A stretch of DNA of 64,000 nt, taken from contig JBEUKZ010000125.1 of the NCBI GenBank assembly GCA_048128005.1, forward strand, positions 310,001 through 374,000, given 5' to 3'. The position numbers were made by a program, and so were the translations under genes. The notes beneath the pieces were generated by a model. It was given only the letters and a program-made list of their open reading frames with translations. It was not told the DNA's origin and made no database searches. The stretch's first letter is position 1; each line of letters starts with the position of its first letter. Source of the DNA: Veleropilina oligotropha. Lineage: Eukaryota. Below are positions 29,201-41,924 of the stretch, in pieces.

Positions 29201-32200
29201 GTTACCGGCCTCGATAGCTCAATTGGTTCGAGTGTCGGAAAAACGTTATGTGGGACGGTTGGATGTGGGTTCAAATCCGTTCCGGCCTGGCTTATTTTAA
29301 GGCTTAAAACTAATAGATGGAATATCCCTAATGTATGTCGGTCAGATCTGAGCAAGACCTTAAACCGGGTGTCCCGACCTCGTTAAGGCTGAAAAATTGC
29401 CAAAGGGGTCATAAAACAAAGTTGTCAACTCAACTCAGCTTTATTCTTGTTACTTAGAAACTAAAAGCCGCATTGCAGCAGAATACAGTTCCAGCCGTTT
29501 TGCAGTCGCACGCACAGACTCAGCCCAACATATCTCAGCAGAATGCCCTGAACCTCTGCACCAAGGAGGTGCTTGGCGAATCAACCACTCAGCCGCAGAC
29601 TTCCCCAACCTCATCCACATTCTACGGAGATTCCATCTGCGCTTCGGACACACCCTCATCCCCTGACAGTCTGGACTCATCGTTCATGTTGTGAGTAAAA
29701 ATATTTTGATTTGATAGAGTACTGTTTGTCTTTTCATGTATTCTCACTGTTGTTGAATGCCTATTACAGTCTGCTTTGTTTAGCGAATGCTGTGGGTTGT
29801 TTTGATTTGTATTTATTTGAAGGTAGTTTTATTGTATCACACTTCATTTTTTATGTAAGTCATGCCTGGTAAATAAAAACAGTGCTGTGTGACATCACTC
29901 CTTAGTCACATGACCGTCGCCTAGGATGATCATGTGACAGCAGTTGGCTGCAGACGGACGGCAGGATGTATCCCGTGTCGCGGTTCAGGGTGGGGGGCTC
30001 TCGTCCTGATCTCGATGGACTCGTTAATCTTCCTCCTCCACAGTTGGGCCACACAGCACTGAAGAAGCCACCGAGATGGTGGCGAAAGCTCTGCTTTGCT
30101 AACAGATCGACTCTGAAAGGTAACGGTTTACATATTTATACATCATGACAGAGTCCAGTAACAACATACATAGTATTATCCAGAAATGTGTCCTATCAGG
30201 GTTTGGTCCCGCAGGTTTAGTGAAAAAACAAATTTTTGACTTCCGCCATCTTGGAAATTTGCATATTTATGTGTAAAATATTATTATTTTCTTGCAGAAA
30301 AAGGCCCAAATGTCTGATCACCAATGACGAAGACCCTGAAAAACGAAGAAAAAAGTTTTTAGAAAGAAACCGGTAAAGTATTAAACATTCGTATTTACGT
30401 TAACGTTGTTGCTTTTATCGACTTCTTGTTAGAGAACAGCTCTCGTTGTGAATATCGGAGCAATAAGTTATCGTGCTGTTAGAGTGTATTTGCTATATGG
30501 TTTCCTATAATTCCTGTCCACTGTAATGCATGTTTGTAATGGCATTCATCTGCTATGTCCTTTTTGTTCGGCTGGGGTTATTGACCGCTCCGGTAGTCAT
30601 GGGTTCGTGAGTGGCGGCTTTTTAAGCCGACTCTGAAATCACTGGCTCGATTAGTTACGTTAACTAACAGGAGTGAGTTCAAATATCAGTTGGAACATTG
30701 GCAATCATTGATCAGTTATCAATCACAGTTGTCTGTAACTGGCCAGAGAGAGCATGATTCCCCGGGCGACCACGCCTTTCTCCTGCGATAATATGGACAT
30801 GTCCTGCTTTGATCTTGAAAGCTGTAAATATGCAGGACATTAAGCATCGATTCAATCTACTGGCGTCGTTTCCCGTTTTCTTGCTCTTCATTGTTACGGG
30901 GTAGAGTGGCGTAGTGGGTAGAGTGGCCGCTTCGGTAGCGTAGTGGGTAGAGTGTCCACTCTAAATTCACTGGCTTGTTTCCGCTGACGCGAACAGTAGT
31001 GGGATCGACCCCCGGCTGAGGCAGCACACATTTGTTCAAGTTATGAAGCACAGTTGTCCGTGACTGGCCGAAGAGGGCGGGTTTACCCGGCGACCGGGGT
31101 TTCCTCCCGCGATAACACGGACATGTCCTGCCTTGAACCTCGATGTTATAAATATACAGGACATTAAGCATAATTCCTCCTCCTCTTCATTGTTACGTTA
31201 TATAGAGGATATCGAACGAGTGTCCATTCCATATGAGAATTATGAAATGAGTCGGGCGGGCACAATTTATGTACCGAGCCTTAGCGAGGTACATAAATTT
31301 GCTGACGAGTTTCATAATTCTCATATGAAATGGACACAAGTTTCATATCTTCTTTATCACATGACTTTATTTACCTTTAAACTTTATTGTGTTTTTAAAC
31401 ACATTTCTTTACGTTTTATAACTAATTTCTGTCAGTACTTTCAGCCATAAATTGCCATTGCCTCATAATGCATCACCCCTCGAAAGCACGCGCCATGCCA
31501 GTACGCCAATAAAACTAGTTCAACGTCAGTAATCGACGAGTCAACGCGTATGAATTATTCAATATGTTAATGAGGGTGATGCGCCGCCTAATCAACTTGG
31601 CGCCAGATGCGATGATCGGCCGTCATGCTCGCCCTCATTTGCATACGTATGAGACGTGTCTTTTTGTATCGAAATTTATGGAACGGCTTCTACCGTTCCA
31701 TAACAGCTTTGTCATGTGATAAAATGATATCCTGTTTCTTGTTTTACAGAGCAGCGGCTGCGAGGTGTAGAATGAAACGAAAGCATTGGGTCGTCAATTT
31801 AGAGAAAAAAGCCGATGATTTACAAAACACAAATTCTCGATTACAGGTACGTATATTATTACCATGCACTCGTTGAGTGTACTGGAGACGCCTGTCCAGA
31901 ACATGTTCCGTCTGTTCTGAATTTCGATTGGTGCTGCACAGGAACAGTTGTTCAGGCATGTGGACAAGGGTCTCATTGATGTAACATAAATCCCAAAACA
32001 AGATTTAAGTATAATTACATTTAAATAACAGTTAAAAACAGAAGCAATTTCAAATCATAAATGTCAAAAAAGTATTTTAAACGTCATCGTATTAAATATC
32101 TGTTGAAGAATGGTGTAATTTAATTTACAAAATTGATAGTCACATGATGGATATGATGTCACTATTCCCGCTGTACCACCTCGCTGGCTGGCACAGACAG

Positions 32201-33900
32201 AACAGGTTCCGAACACTGTTCTTGACCGTTCGACTGCAGTTCTGTCTGTCCAGCTCATTCTGGACAGCATCTCGAGAGCACCCATTGATCTGCAGTGCAG
32301 TATTGTCCAACCTTTTGTATCATTTCTGTGAATTTCTTGCAATTTGCTGGGTAACCGTGTGGTAGAGTTAGTACGAGCGTTTCTTAAAATTCTTTTATTC
32401 TGATAGGGCAAGTCAAAAGGGTGAGTTTGCATCTTTGTCTTGGAGACTTTTGGAGTAAACAGTCACATGTGTCCATAACTGGTCGGAGCAGGCTGGTTTC
32501 ACTTGATTATACTGGAAAACCTCCCACAATAATATGGACATTGTTTAATATGATCATAGATGGGGAAAAATATATTTAATGAACTTCAACCATGTCATTC
32601 CTTTACCCATCTAGTTTGATTCATCACCTGATTTGTCGTGATGGATTTATATAAGTATGAACATAGATATTGATATCCCTGAGGTCCAGCATCATAACCA
32701 ATAGGTCACCCCCCCCCCCCCCCCACACACACCACCAAATATGGATAATAGTTTATTTTATAATATATTTTGAAAATTCAGTTACATATATGCCACCATC
32801 TTTGCCATTGCTATGTAGTTTATGGAAATTCCAAAAATTTCAATTTTTCCAAATCTTGTTATTATTCAGTTATAACATTTTTCAGAGCGAAGTGAACGTA
32901 CTTCGTACAGAGGTGGCACAACTAAAGACTTTGTTGCTAGCGCACAAAGACTGTCCTGTTACCCTGCAGCAAAAAGCACAAGGGCAGCTATCATTACAAA
33001 CAGGTGAGTAAAGGCTAGATTTTATAGTCTCCACGTGTGGCTGCTCACACCGGTCCGCAATTACCTTCCCTGGATTCCAGCTTGATTTCCTCTAGATTCC
33101 ACTTTCAACTCTGTCCGTGGTTATATGCAGTCAGGTTGGAAATTGCGATGCAACTAACACACTGACAACTTTTTCAATGCCAACCGGGTACTCTCTCTGG
33201 TCGGTTGGGTGAACCAAGGCAAATACATTCTTATTCCTTGTCCAATAGAATTTGCCGTGACCCAGGTTTGAACTTAAAACAGCTGCATACAGAGAAGGCT
33301 ATAGGCTACTATGTAATATGATGTTATCTACAATCAAACAATGGCTGAGTTTTATTGTATTTTCCGGTGCGAGATCTTTCATATTTCATGCACATTGTAT
33401 CCATAATTTTGATGATCAATTATGGTCTAAGCGATATTGATATTAGTTACAAACAATGTCACAATGTCAATTTTTTCTGCATTGAAAAAGATTTTGAATG
33501 TTAGATGATCTTTCAACTGTCCTATCTAGCAGTCTTGACCATGTAATGATATAAACTTTTAATTTCATTGCTACATGGATTTATCAACTCAAGTGATAGA
33601 CATGGCAGCTTGTGGCATCGGAGAAGAGGACTTTTTAACTAGTTAATAAATTATATCTTTACATCATCGTACTCCATAAGAATTATTTTCAGTTTTTGTA
33701 TAAACTCTTTCTTGCTGATTTTAGCCACGGTGGATCGAGGTGGGGTTGTGTTGAATACTTCAACCTCTTCATTTTCTGAGACTACTTCGTATGCATTGAA
33801 GCAGGAGATGGAAAACGCTTCAGAGTCATTACACTTCGTTACCACAGTCGTCCCTAGCAACGACCTCTCAACGCAGGAAATTGTATTACATATGAATTAA
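14263..33900 (+). CDS. ATF2: ATF2/ATF7/CREB5-family bZIP transcription factor; coding exons 14263-14313, 15470-15575, 17965-18101, 21098-21513, 27111-27318, 29458-29690, 30298-30372, 31750-31846, 32886-33003, 33725-33900
   Basis: N-terminal C2H2 finger DDKPFACSAMGCGMQFTNEDHLTVHMRKHEM; DQTPTP MAPK site; KLKAALQQ motif; bZIP DEDPEKRRKKFLERNRAAAARCRMKRKHWV...LKTLLLAHKDCPVT; all introns GT-AG with consistent phases. Confidence 0.93.
14540..15136. mobile_element. TIR MITE, PIF/Harbinger-like
   Basis: TIR GGCCCCATTTCACAAAAAATCT / AGATTTTTTGTGAAACGGGGCC, flanked by CAG and CTG. Confidence 0.65.
15650..16420 (+). repeat. Degenerate HINE-like element with ~180-bp tandem units
   Basis: (CGTC)n start; recurring AACCACATCATTGGGT.GATCAAGTT.GAATATT blocks. 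Confidence 0.55.
18821..19083 (+). mobile_element. tRNA-derived SINE (family A)
   Basis: Full-length copy; TSD TAGTTCTGTTA. Confidence 0.9.
21798..22088. mobile_element. TIR MITE with 5-bp TSD CAATA
   Basis: CATAGGCGTAGGAAG...CTTCCTAAGCCTATG. Confidence 0.75.
23630..26232 (+). mobile_element. Older HINE-like element with long internal repeats, interrupted by the 166-bp element
   Basis: TATGTCTC...GAGACATA subterminal IR; (TTCTCC)n tract; 23720-24010 repeated at ~25140-25440; CTCTAGTTT end. Confidence 0.6.
24010..25005 (+). mobile_element. Second copy of the 166-bp HINE-like element (~4.5 units)
   Basis: Near-identical to 3800-5116; the empty site GGGCATTTTTATATTTTG is visible in the paralogous unit at ~25434. 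Confidence 0.85.
27990..28260 (+). mobile_element. tRNA-derived SINE (family A, diverged)
   Basis: Homology to family A across its length. Confidence 0.8.
29205..29420 (+). mobile_element. tRNA-derived SINE (family B)
   Basis: A box TAGCTCAATTGG, B box GGTTCAAATCC; second copy at 12750. Confidence 0.75.
30586..30856 (+). mobile_element. Older SINE, family A-related
   Basis: GACTCTGAAATCACTGGCTCGATT...GGACATGTCCTGC...GGACATTAAGCAT. Confidence 0.75.
30899..31182 (+). mobile_element. SINE (family A) with duplicated 5' head pieces
   Basis: TSD CTCTTCATTGTTACG; extra GGGTAGAGTG / CGTAGTGGGTAGAGT pieces precede the normal head. Confidence 0.88.
31201..31723. mobile_element. Non-coding element with a long terminal palindrome and asymmetric subterminal IR (Crypton-like architecture)
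   Basis: Palindrome ~31205-31352; TTTATCACATGAC (31353-31365) is inverted relative to GTCATGTGATAAA (31711-31723). Confidence 0.65.
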
Positions 33901-33913
33901 TCTCTCTTTGTAC

Positions 33914-33988
33914 ATACTCACCATACTCATCAAACTCACCATACTCATCAAACTCACCATACTCACCATACTCATCATACTCACCATT
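33914..33988. repeat. 9-bp ACTCA(C/T)CA(T/A) minisatellite in the presumed ATF2 3' UTR
   Basis: Direct reading just after the stop codon. Confidence 0.8.
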
Positions 33989-35909
33989 CATATCTCTCAT
34001 CATTTTATTCTAGCCTTCTCTCACCTTTACCAGCACAAGATGTAAATTGAGAATCGTGATCTTTTTCTGTGAATGCAAACTTTTTGCAGCATTATCCATT
34101 TAGATATTTATTGTTAAGTTACAGGTAGCTATATATACTTGGAGATTGATGCCAAGGAATTTGCAATAGTCTACTCAATGTGTTGAAATTGTATTTTGTT
34201 TCAATGTTTATTTTGTAATATGTAATATTAATATTATAATTGGTGCATGTACAAAATTAGGAAGAACAACAAGCAATTTTTTATTTTGTTCAAGTTTATT
34301 ATCTATGAAAGCTAATTATCATCATATTTATTACCCATAGTTACGGCTAGAAGGCGGTGTGTTCCATATACATCATATTTCAAATGTCCCATTTCCAATA
34401 ATTCCTATGTCTGTTTAATTTGACTGAAGCTTTACCATGCATTGTGTAAACTAGCAATGGTACCCGTCTTCGCCGGGTAAGTCCCCCCAGCCCAAATTTT
34501 TTTTTTTTTTTTTTTTGGATAGTGCTCCCTTTTTTTTTTTTTTTTTTTTTCTCGATTATATTAAAAATGATAGTAAATTTTTTTTTTTTTCGCGAATTTT
34601 CCGAATTTTTTTCGTGGTAAACCTTCCTTGGGGGACCCAGATTAACCCCCCAAAGTTTGAAGGTCGTAGGTCAAAGGGTCTGGGAGGAGTTCAACTTGAA
34701 ACAGACAGACAGACAGACCCGCATACAATTATAGCTCCATTATATTAAGATTATCCACAATTGTCTACCCATGATGCATTGTGTCCCCACGATGCACTGT
34801 GGGGCTGCCCTATAATAGACTATTTGTTGTTATTGTAAGTATGTATTCTATGCATATGTTCCAACGTTGACATATAGATTGCTTCGCAGAGCATTAATTT
34901 TGTTATATCGGAATCAAGTCTTGGTTTATTCTTATATGAAGACATAGATATATATTTATGGTGCTTTAGTTTTTATTTAAAATCTAATTTGTTTGAATTA
35001 TGTCGTTTCTGCCCTTGTTAATGTGTCAACATATAATGGTTACGTTAATTCTCTATAATATACATTTCATTTTAAATTAACATTGTGTTGTCTCTCTCTC
35101 AGAATACTTCGCAAGATTTGTGAAAAGAAGGGAAAAATTTGTTCAAGAACTCATTAAATATTTAAAAAGAGCCGTATTATGATAAAGTTATTTATAAATA
35201 TATTATTACCCATACTCTTATACACCTTTTTTCATTTAAATAATATTCAGATGGTAGTAGCAAGTAACTCACTTCATGTGTGCCAACATTATTCTTCAAT
35301 TAATTAATATATTTTGTAGTAAAACTTAAAAGTGTAGTGAATTACTGAAAATTTATAATATAGTAGAAACCAAGCATTTGTATAAAACTGTTGTAAAATA
35401 TTTTTTATTTTTAAAATTATTTTTATATTAATTATTGAAATATTAATAATTTGTTTAGTTTGTTTTTTTAGATACTGTCATTAATTAATGATATGTTTGT
35501 TATGGAAATACATTGATAATACCTGTATTTTAACCTTGTCATAAAGGTTTTTCTCTCTGAGATCGACACCTTTAGGCAGATATCTTTAAAAAATGACCAA
35601 TACCGGTAAAGTCGATCTGGTCTGGGGGTTATTACCCTCTCAGAAAAGGCAGCTCAGGTAGCCATATGGTCTTGAGTACCGACTCTGAAATCACTGGATT
35701 GACTGCTCTGACTCACAGGAGTGCGTTCAAATCTCAGTTGGGCCAATGGCATTTTTTTGATGAGTTACCAATCACAGTTGTCCGTAATATGGGCAATATG
35801 CGATAATATGGATTGTCCTGATTTGAACCTGAAGGTTGTGAATACAGGATATTAAACATGGATCCAATTCAATCACATCTGAATAAATAGAACTTGTATC
35901 CTTTTAATT

Positions 35910-36465
35910 TGTATTCCCCGAAACAAAAATGTCGGGGGATACTATGGTTTAGCGTCCGTTACGTCTCCTCGTCTGCCAGAGATTCTTCGTGATCGCTCTA
36001 GACAGGCCATTTCTTAATGGAATGATTTCAAAATTGGTATGTGCATTGGTTGGGGCCAGGACACGACACCTATATATTTTGTGTGTGGTCCGACCTCCAA
36101 GATGGCCGCTGTGGCATCCATCTTGGATTTTAAAGCATACTTCCTTGTGATTGCTCTAGACAAGCCATTTCTTAACGGAATGTTTTCAAATTTGGTATCT
36201 GCTTTGGTTGGGGTGAGAACATGACACCTATAGATTTTGGGTGTGGTCCGACCTCCAAGATGGCTGCCACGGCCACCATAATTGCTTGTGATCGCTCTAG
36301 ACAGGTCATTTCTTAATGGAATGTGTTCAAATTTGGTATGTGCATTGTTTGGGGTGAGAACACGACACCTATAGATTTTGAGTATGGTCCGACCTCAAAG
36401 ATGGTCACCATCCTGGATTACCGGGGGATACATATTCGGTCACTCGTGACTGAGCGTTCTAGTTT
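35910..36465 (+). mobile_element. HINE-like element with ~3 internal units; short relative at 47160-47258 (-)
   Basis: GTATTCCCCG...CGGGGATAC subterminal IR; hairpin GGTCACTCGTGACT; CTAGTTTT end. Confidence 0.6.
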
Positions 36466-36621
36466 TCCCTGGTTCTGAGTGAGCTAAAAATGTAACATTT
36501 TTGGTCTATTTTATAGAGATCCAGATCTAAAAATTTTAGTTGACAGCTTCCAAGAGAGAGGCCTCGATCCTTGACTTGTTAGGATAAAAGATTGGTACAT
36601 ATGATCCGTCTCTGATTCCTG

Positions 36622-38870
36622 GTAATAATAATAATAATATTAATCTATTTGTAGAGCGCCGAGTTACAGCCAGGCTGCTCACAGGCGCTTGACATGGTAA
36701 TAAATACAATACAATGATATATATATATAAAAGTTCAAACGTTCAAGTTTGAGTGTCTTAACGATATGACGATGTAAACAAATGGGTCTTGAGTTTCATG
36801 CGAAAAGACAGCACAGTTGGCGACAACTTGATGTTACCAGGGAGCGAGATCCACAAGCATGCCGCAGCAGTATCAAACCTCCGATTTTCATAGGATGTCC
36901 TGAATCTTGATTGGACCAGAATATCTTGATCTTGGGAACGCAGATTGCGACACGGTTGGTACTGCTGCAGAAGTGGTGACAGGTATTGTACATCCGTGGT
37001 TGTCTTCAGGTAGTTGTACGTCATGACAAGTAGTTTGAAATTTATCCTGTCTGTGATTCGGAGCCAATGAAGGTCTTTGAGAATTGGCGTGATGTGTGCA
37101 TCCTTCGAGCATTTGGTGACGATTCGTGAAGCCGTGTTTTGAAGAAGCTGTACACGTAGCAAGACAGATGGTAAACCATATAGAGTGAATTGCAATAGTC
37201 TATCCTCTATGTTACTAAAGATTGCACTAGCATCTTACAGATGTCCTGTGACACATACTTCCGTAATTTGCTGATCTGTCGAAGATGGTGATGACTGGTC
37301 TGGCATATTTGGGTCAGTTGTCTATCCATGGATATGTGCGAGTCGAAGAAGACACAGAGATTCTTAACCTGGCTGGTAGCAACGATTGAAATACCACCGA
37401 TGTTCACTGCCGGGGAAGATGTCTTTTGCAGTTGATGTTTTTAACCTGCAATGAACACTTCAGTCTTATCGTCGTTAAGTTTGAGAAAGTTACAGCTCAT
37501 CCATGTACGAATATCGACAATACACCCTTGAAGATCTTCTATTGATGAATTGGAGGTTTGATGGTTTGCTCGCCACAAGATTCTGGGTGTCATCAGCATA
37601 ACAATGAAACGAGATGTGATGCTTCCTGAAAATGTCTCCAAGTGGTAACATGTATAGGACGAATAGCAGTGGACCCAATACTGATCCCTGGGGAACCTTC
37701 TATGACGACTGATTGCGTCGTATTACACAAATAGAATCGTACACAGTCCAACGCAGCACCTGTGATTCCCACCATGGTCTGAAGTCGATCCAGGAGAATG
37801 GCATGGTCAAGGGTGTCGAACGCTGCGGACAGATCCAAAAGCACAAGAATGACGACCTCCTGTTTATCCAAGTGTGTGATGATTTCATTGTGAACTCGGA
37901 GGAGAGCAGTCTCAGTGCTGTGATGCTTCCTGTAAGCTGACTGAAATTCTTCCATAACATTGTTTGAGGCTAGATGACTCTTGATTCGTTCTGCAACAAC
38001 TTTCTCCAATACCTTCGAAAGGAACGACAGGTTGGAGACAGGCCTGTAACTTTTGACATCGTTTTGATCCAGACTCGGTTTCTTGAGAATAGGAGAAATG
38101 TTAGCAGTTTTGAAAATAACTGGCACTGTAGACGTTGACAGAGAGGAGTTGATAATGTGCCTGATCGGTGGAATTAGTTAACACAGGCTGGATTTCAGCA
38201 ACCACGTTGGTATAGGGTCGAGGCCACATGTCTTGGAAGGAGATTTACGTATGATGCATGAAAGCTCTTCATCAGTGGTACATGTAAACATAAAGAGATG
38301 TTCCTTGAAATGCGCTTTGTACAGACACAAAATCTTGCGGTTGGTTTGGGCACAGTTCATTTCTGATCACTATCTTTTGCGTGAAAAATGAAGCAAACTC
38401 ATTTGCCATTTCAGATGGGTTCGAGCGTTATGGCAGTGCTCTTACTTCTGCAGGCTGGATCATGTGATTCACTTCCCGCAAGAGAGTTTTGGCATTACCC
38501 TTCATGTCTTTAAGTCGTGCCTTCACATGGTCGATTCTCGTCTGCTTGACCAACGCGTTGTGAGAATTCCTGATGCTGACATATTTCTCGATGAACCACC
38601 AGACGTGTTTTCTTCCATCGTCTCTCTGCCTTTCTCTTAACCCGTTTAGAGAGTTTTATCTCTTCTGTGTACCAGCTGGTATCTGGACGGATGATGATGG
38701 ATCTCGTCTGGACAGGTGCGTGCTTGTCAAAGACTACAGAGATAGCAGAGTTGAGAGCATGGATTTTACTATTGGTGTCACCCAGTCTTGAAATAGTATC
38801 AAGTATATTCAGGTTTTTGATGTCCTCTTTGAAAGCGTTCATGTCAATTGATTTCGTCCTGGTATAAATC
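36622..38870 (-). mobile_element. Degenerate L2-clade LINE (ORF2 RT region), 5'-truncated, frameshifted
   Basis: [75 protein letters not shown]; (ATT)n tail at ~36623-36640. Confidence 0.92.
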
Positions 38871-38889
38871 CCTTGCATCCCCTCACTGT

Positions 38890-39130
38890 GCAGACCGCCC
38901 CAACAGTCGGTTGCAGACTCTGAAATCACAGGCTTGATTCCGGTGACGAACAGTAGTGGGTTCAAATCTCGTTCGGGACATTGGCATTATTTATTCAGTT
39001 TTGAAGCACAGTTGCCCGTAACATGATGGAGAGGGTGGTTTCCCCGGGCGACTGGGCTTTCCTTCTGCGATAACATGGACATGTCCTGCTTGAACCTAAT
39101 AATACAGGATATTAAGCATGGCTCCAATCC
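38890..39130 (+). mobile_element. SINE, family A-related
   Basis: Homology to family A. Confidence 0.75.
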
Positions 39131-39680
39131 CAAGCACGACTCTTCTTTTCTCATATAGTCTTGCGTAATTTAAAAATAGATATAAAATGTCGAAATATTT
39201 TTGCAATCTTAGATGACAACTCCACCTGAGGTTTTACAAAAAGTTATTCATCTGCCCCTGTGCAGAAAAGCAGTCATATGAGTGAATTGATAGCCACACT
39301 CTTTTCAACTGTCACATGGTGGCCCAGACTTGATCGGATGCCAATGAAGAAGCAACTAACACACTAGACAATAACATAGATTTAAATGTAAAATTCATTG
39401 GGTCACATATTAATAATTCTACTGAGCACAGTGTTAACACCTTGAATTTTACTAATTGTATTTCTAGCTCAATTTTATTTATTTTAAAATATCCTCTTGC
39501 ATTGTGGGATTGTTGAAGAAAATGTAATGCATTATGGGTACAAAATGTTAACATGTGTAATCATGAAGACCAAGTCATACACAAATAAACTGACTGTCTT
39601 TTATTGTTTATGTCTCACTTCAATAGACATGTGGCTTATTTAGGCTTGTCATTTCTATCAGGCCTGGGTTACCAATATTT

Positions 39681-40550
39681 GGATCAATGCTTAACATCCA
39701 AGTTTAACACCCCTCAGGATCAATGCTTAACATCCAAGTTTAACACCCCTCAGGATCAATGCTTAACATCCAAGTTTAACACCCCTCAGGATCGATGCTT
39801 AACATCCAAGTTTAACACCCCTCAGGATCAATGCTTAACATCCAAGTTTAACACTCTTCAGGATCGATGCATAACATCCAAGTTTAACACCCCTCAGGAT
39901 CAATGCTTAACATCCAAGTTTAACACCCCTCAGGATCGATGCTTAACATCCAAGTTTAACACCCCTCAGGATCAATGCTTAACATCCAAGTTTAACACCC
40001 CTCCGGATCAATGCTTAACATCCAAGTTTAACACCCCTCAGGATCGATGCTTAACATCCAAGTTTAACACCCCTCAGGATCAATGCTTAACATCCAAGTT
40101 TAACACCCCTCAGGATCGATGCTTAACGTCCAAGTTTAACACCCCTCAGAATCGATGCTTAACATCCAAGTTTAACACCCCTCAGGATCAATGCTTAACA
40201 TCCAAGTTTAACACCCCTCAGGATCAATGCTTAACATCCAAGTTTAACACCCCTCAGGATCGATGCTTAACGTCCAAGTTTAACACCCCTCAGAATCGAT
40301 GCTTAACATCCAAGTTTAACACCCCTCAGGATCGATGCTTAACATCCAAGTTTAACACCCCTCAGGATCAATGCTTAACATCCAAGTTTAACACCCCTCC
40401 GGATCAATGCTTAACATCCAAGTTTAACACCCCTCAGGATCGATGCTTAACATCCAAGTTTAACACCCCTCAGAATCGATGCTTAACATCCAAGTTTAAC
40501 ACCCCTCGGGATCAATGCTTAACATCCAAGTTTAACACCCCTCGGGATCA
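39681..40550. repeat. 36-bp minisatellite, ~24 copies
   Basis: Unit GGATCAATGCTTAACATCCAAGTTTAACACCCCTCA. Confidence 0.97.
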
Positions 40551-40900
40551 TATCAAGCCTGGTCACCCGGTGAACCCTGCTTGCACCGATCAGATATGGA
40601 AACTTTGACTGTAACTGCACAGCTAAGGATTCAACAAGAGAGAGTTGAGTAGATGTTATTATTGTTCCAGTGATGACATTGTGAAAAGTTATTGTCAAAA
40701 CGTTTTCACCATGTGAAGAAAGTCTATCAGAATTCACTTGCATGAATTCCCTGTTTTGACTAATTGGTTGAACTCCTGTTTAAAGACCTTGTGGAATTAT
40801 AAGTCATGTAGGTGCACGATAACATGGACAAGTGTCTATATGACATTAGATGTTAAAATGGAACAATACGAGGCATGGTTGTTCTTTAAAGAAGACCTTA

Positions 40901-41924
40901 TGTAGGCTGCCCCGATAGTCATGATATAGAGCGTCGTCTATCAAATCACTGTAGGCTGCCCTGGTAGTCCTGATATAGAGCGTCGTCTATCAAATCACTG
41001 TAGGCTGCCCCGGTAGTCATGATATAGAGCGTCATCTATCAAATCACTGTAGGCTGCCCCGGTAGTCATGATATAGAGCGTCGTCTAACAAATCACTGTA
41101 GGCTGCCCCGGTAGTCATGATATAGAGCGTCGTCTATCAAATCACTGTAGGCTGCCCCGGTAGTCATGATATAGAGCGTCGTCTAACAAATCACTATAGG
41201 CTGCCCCGATAGTCATGATATAGAGCGTCGTCTATCAAATCACTAGGCTGCCCCGGTAGTCATGATATAGAGCGTCGTCTATCAAATCACTGTAGGCTGC
41301 CCCGGTAGTCATGATATAGAGCGTCGTCTATCAAATCACTGTAGGCTGCCCAGGTAGTCATGATATAGAGCGTCGTCTATCAAATCACTGTAGGCTGCCC
41401 TGGTAGTCATGATATAGAGCGTCGTCTATCAAATCACTGTAGGCTGCCCCGGTAGTCATGATATAGAGCGTCGTCTATCAAATCACTGTAGGCTGCCCCG
41501 GTAGTCATGATATAGAGCGTCGTCTAACAAATCACTGTAGGCTGCCCCGGTAGTCATGATATAGAGCGTCGTCTATCAAATCACTGTAGGCTGCCCCGGT
41601 AGTCATGATATAGAGCGTCGTCTATCAAATCACTGTAGGCTGCCCCGGTAGTCATGATATAGAGCGTCGTCTATCAAATCACTGTAGGCTGCCCCGATAG
41701 TCATGATATAGAGCGTCGTCTATCAAATCACTGTAGGCTGCCCCGGTAGTCATGATATAGAGCGTCGTCTATCAAATCACTGTAGGCTGCCCTGGTAGTC
41801 ATATAGAGCATCGTCTATCAAATCACTGTAGGCTGCCCCGGTAGTCATGATATAGAGCGTCGTCTATCAAATCACTGTAGGCTGCCCTGGTAGTCATGAT
41901 ATAGAGTGTCGTCTATCAAATCAC
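40901..41924. repeat. 49-bp minisatellite, ~21 copies, continuing into a SINE body (41925-42090)
   Basis: Unit TGTAGGCTGCCCCGGTAGTCATGATATAGAGCGTCGTCTATCAAATCAC. Confidence 0.97.

Noticed and set aside
39604..40608. 334-aa ORF of DQCLTSKFNTPQ repeats
   Set aside because: A 36-bp unit that happens to lack stops in one frame; appears SINE-derived, non-ATG start
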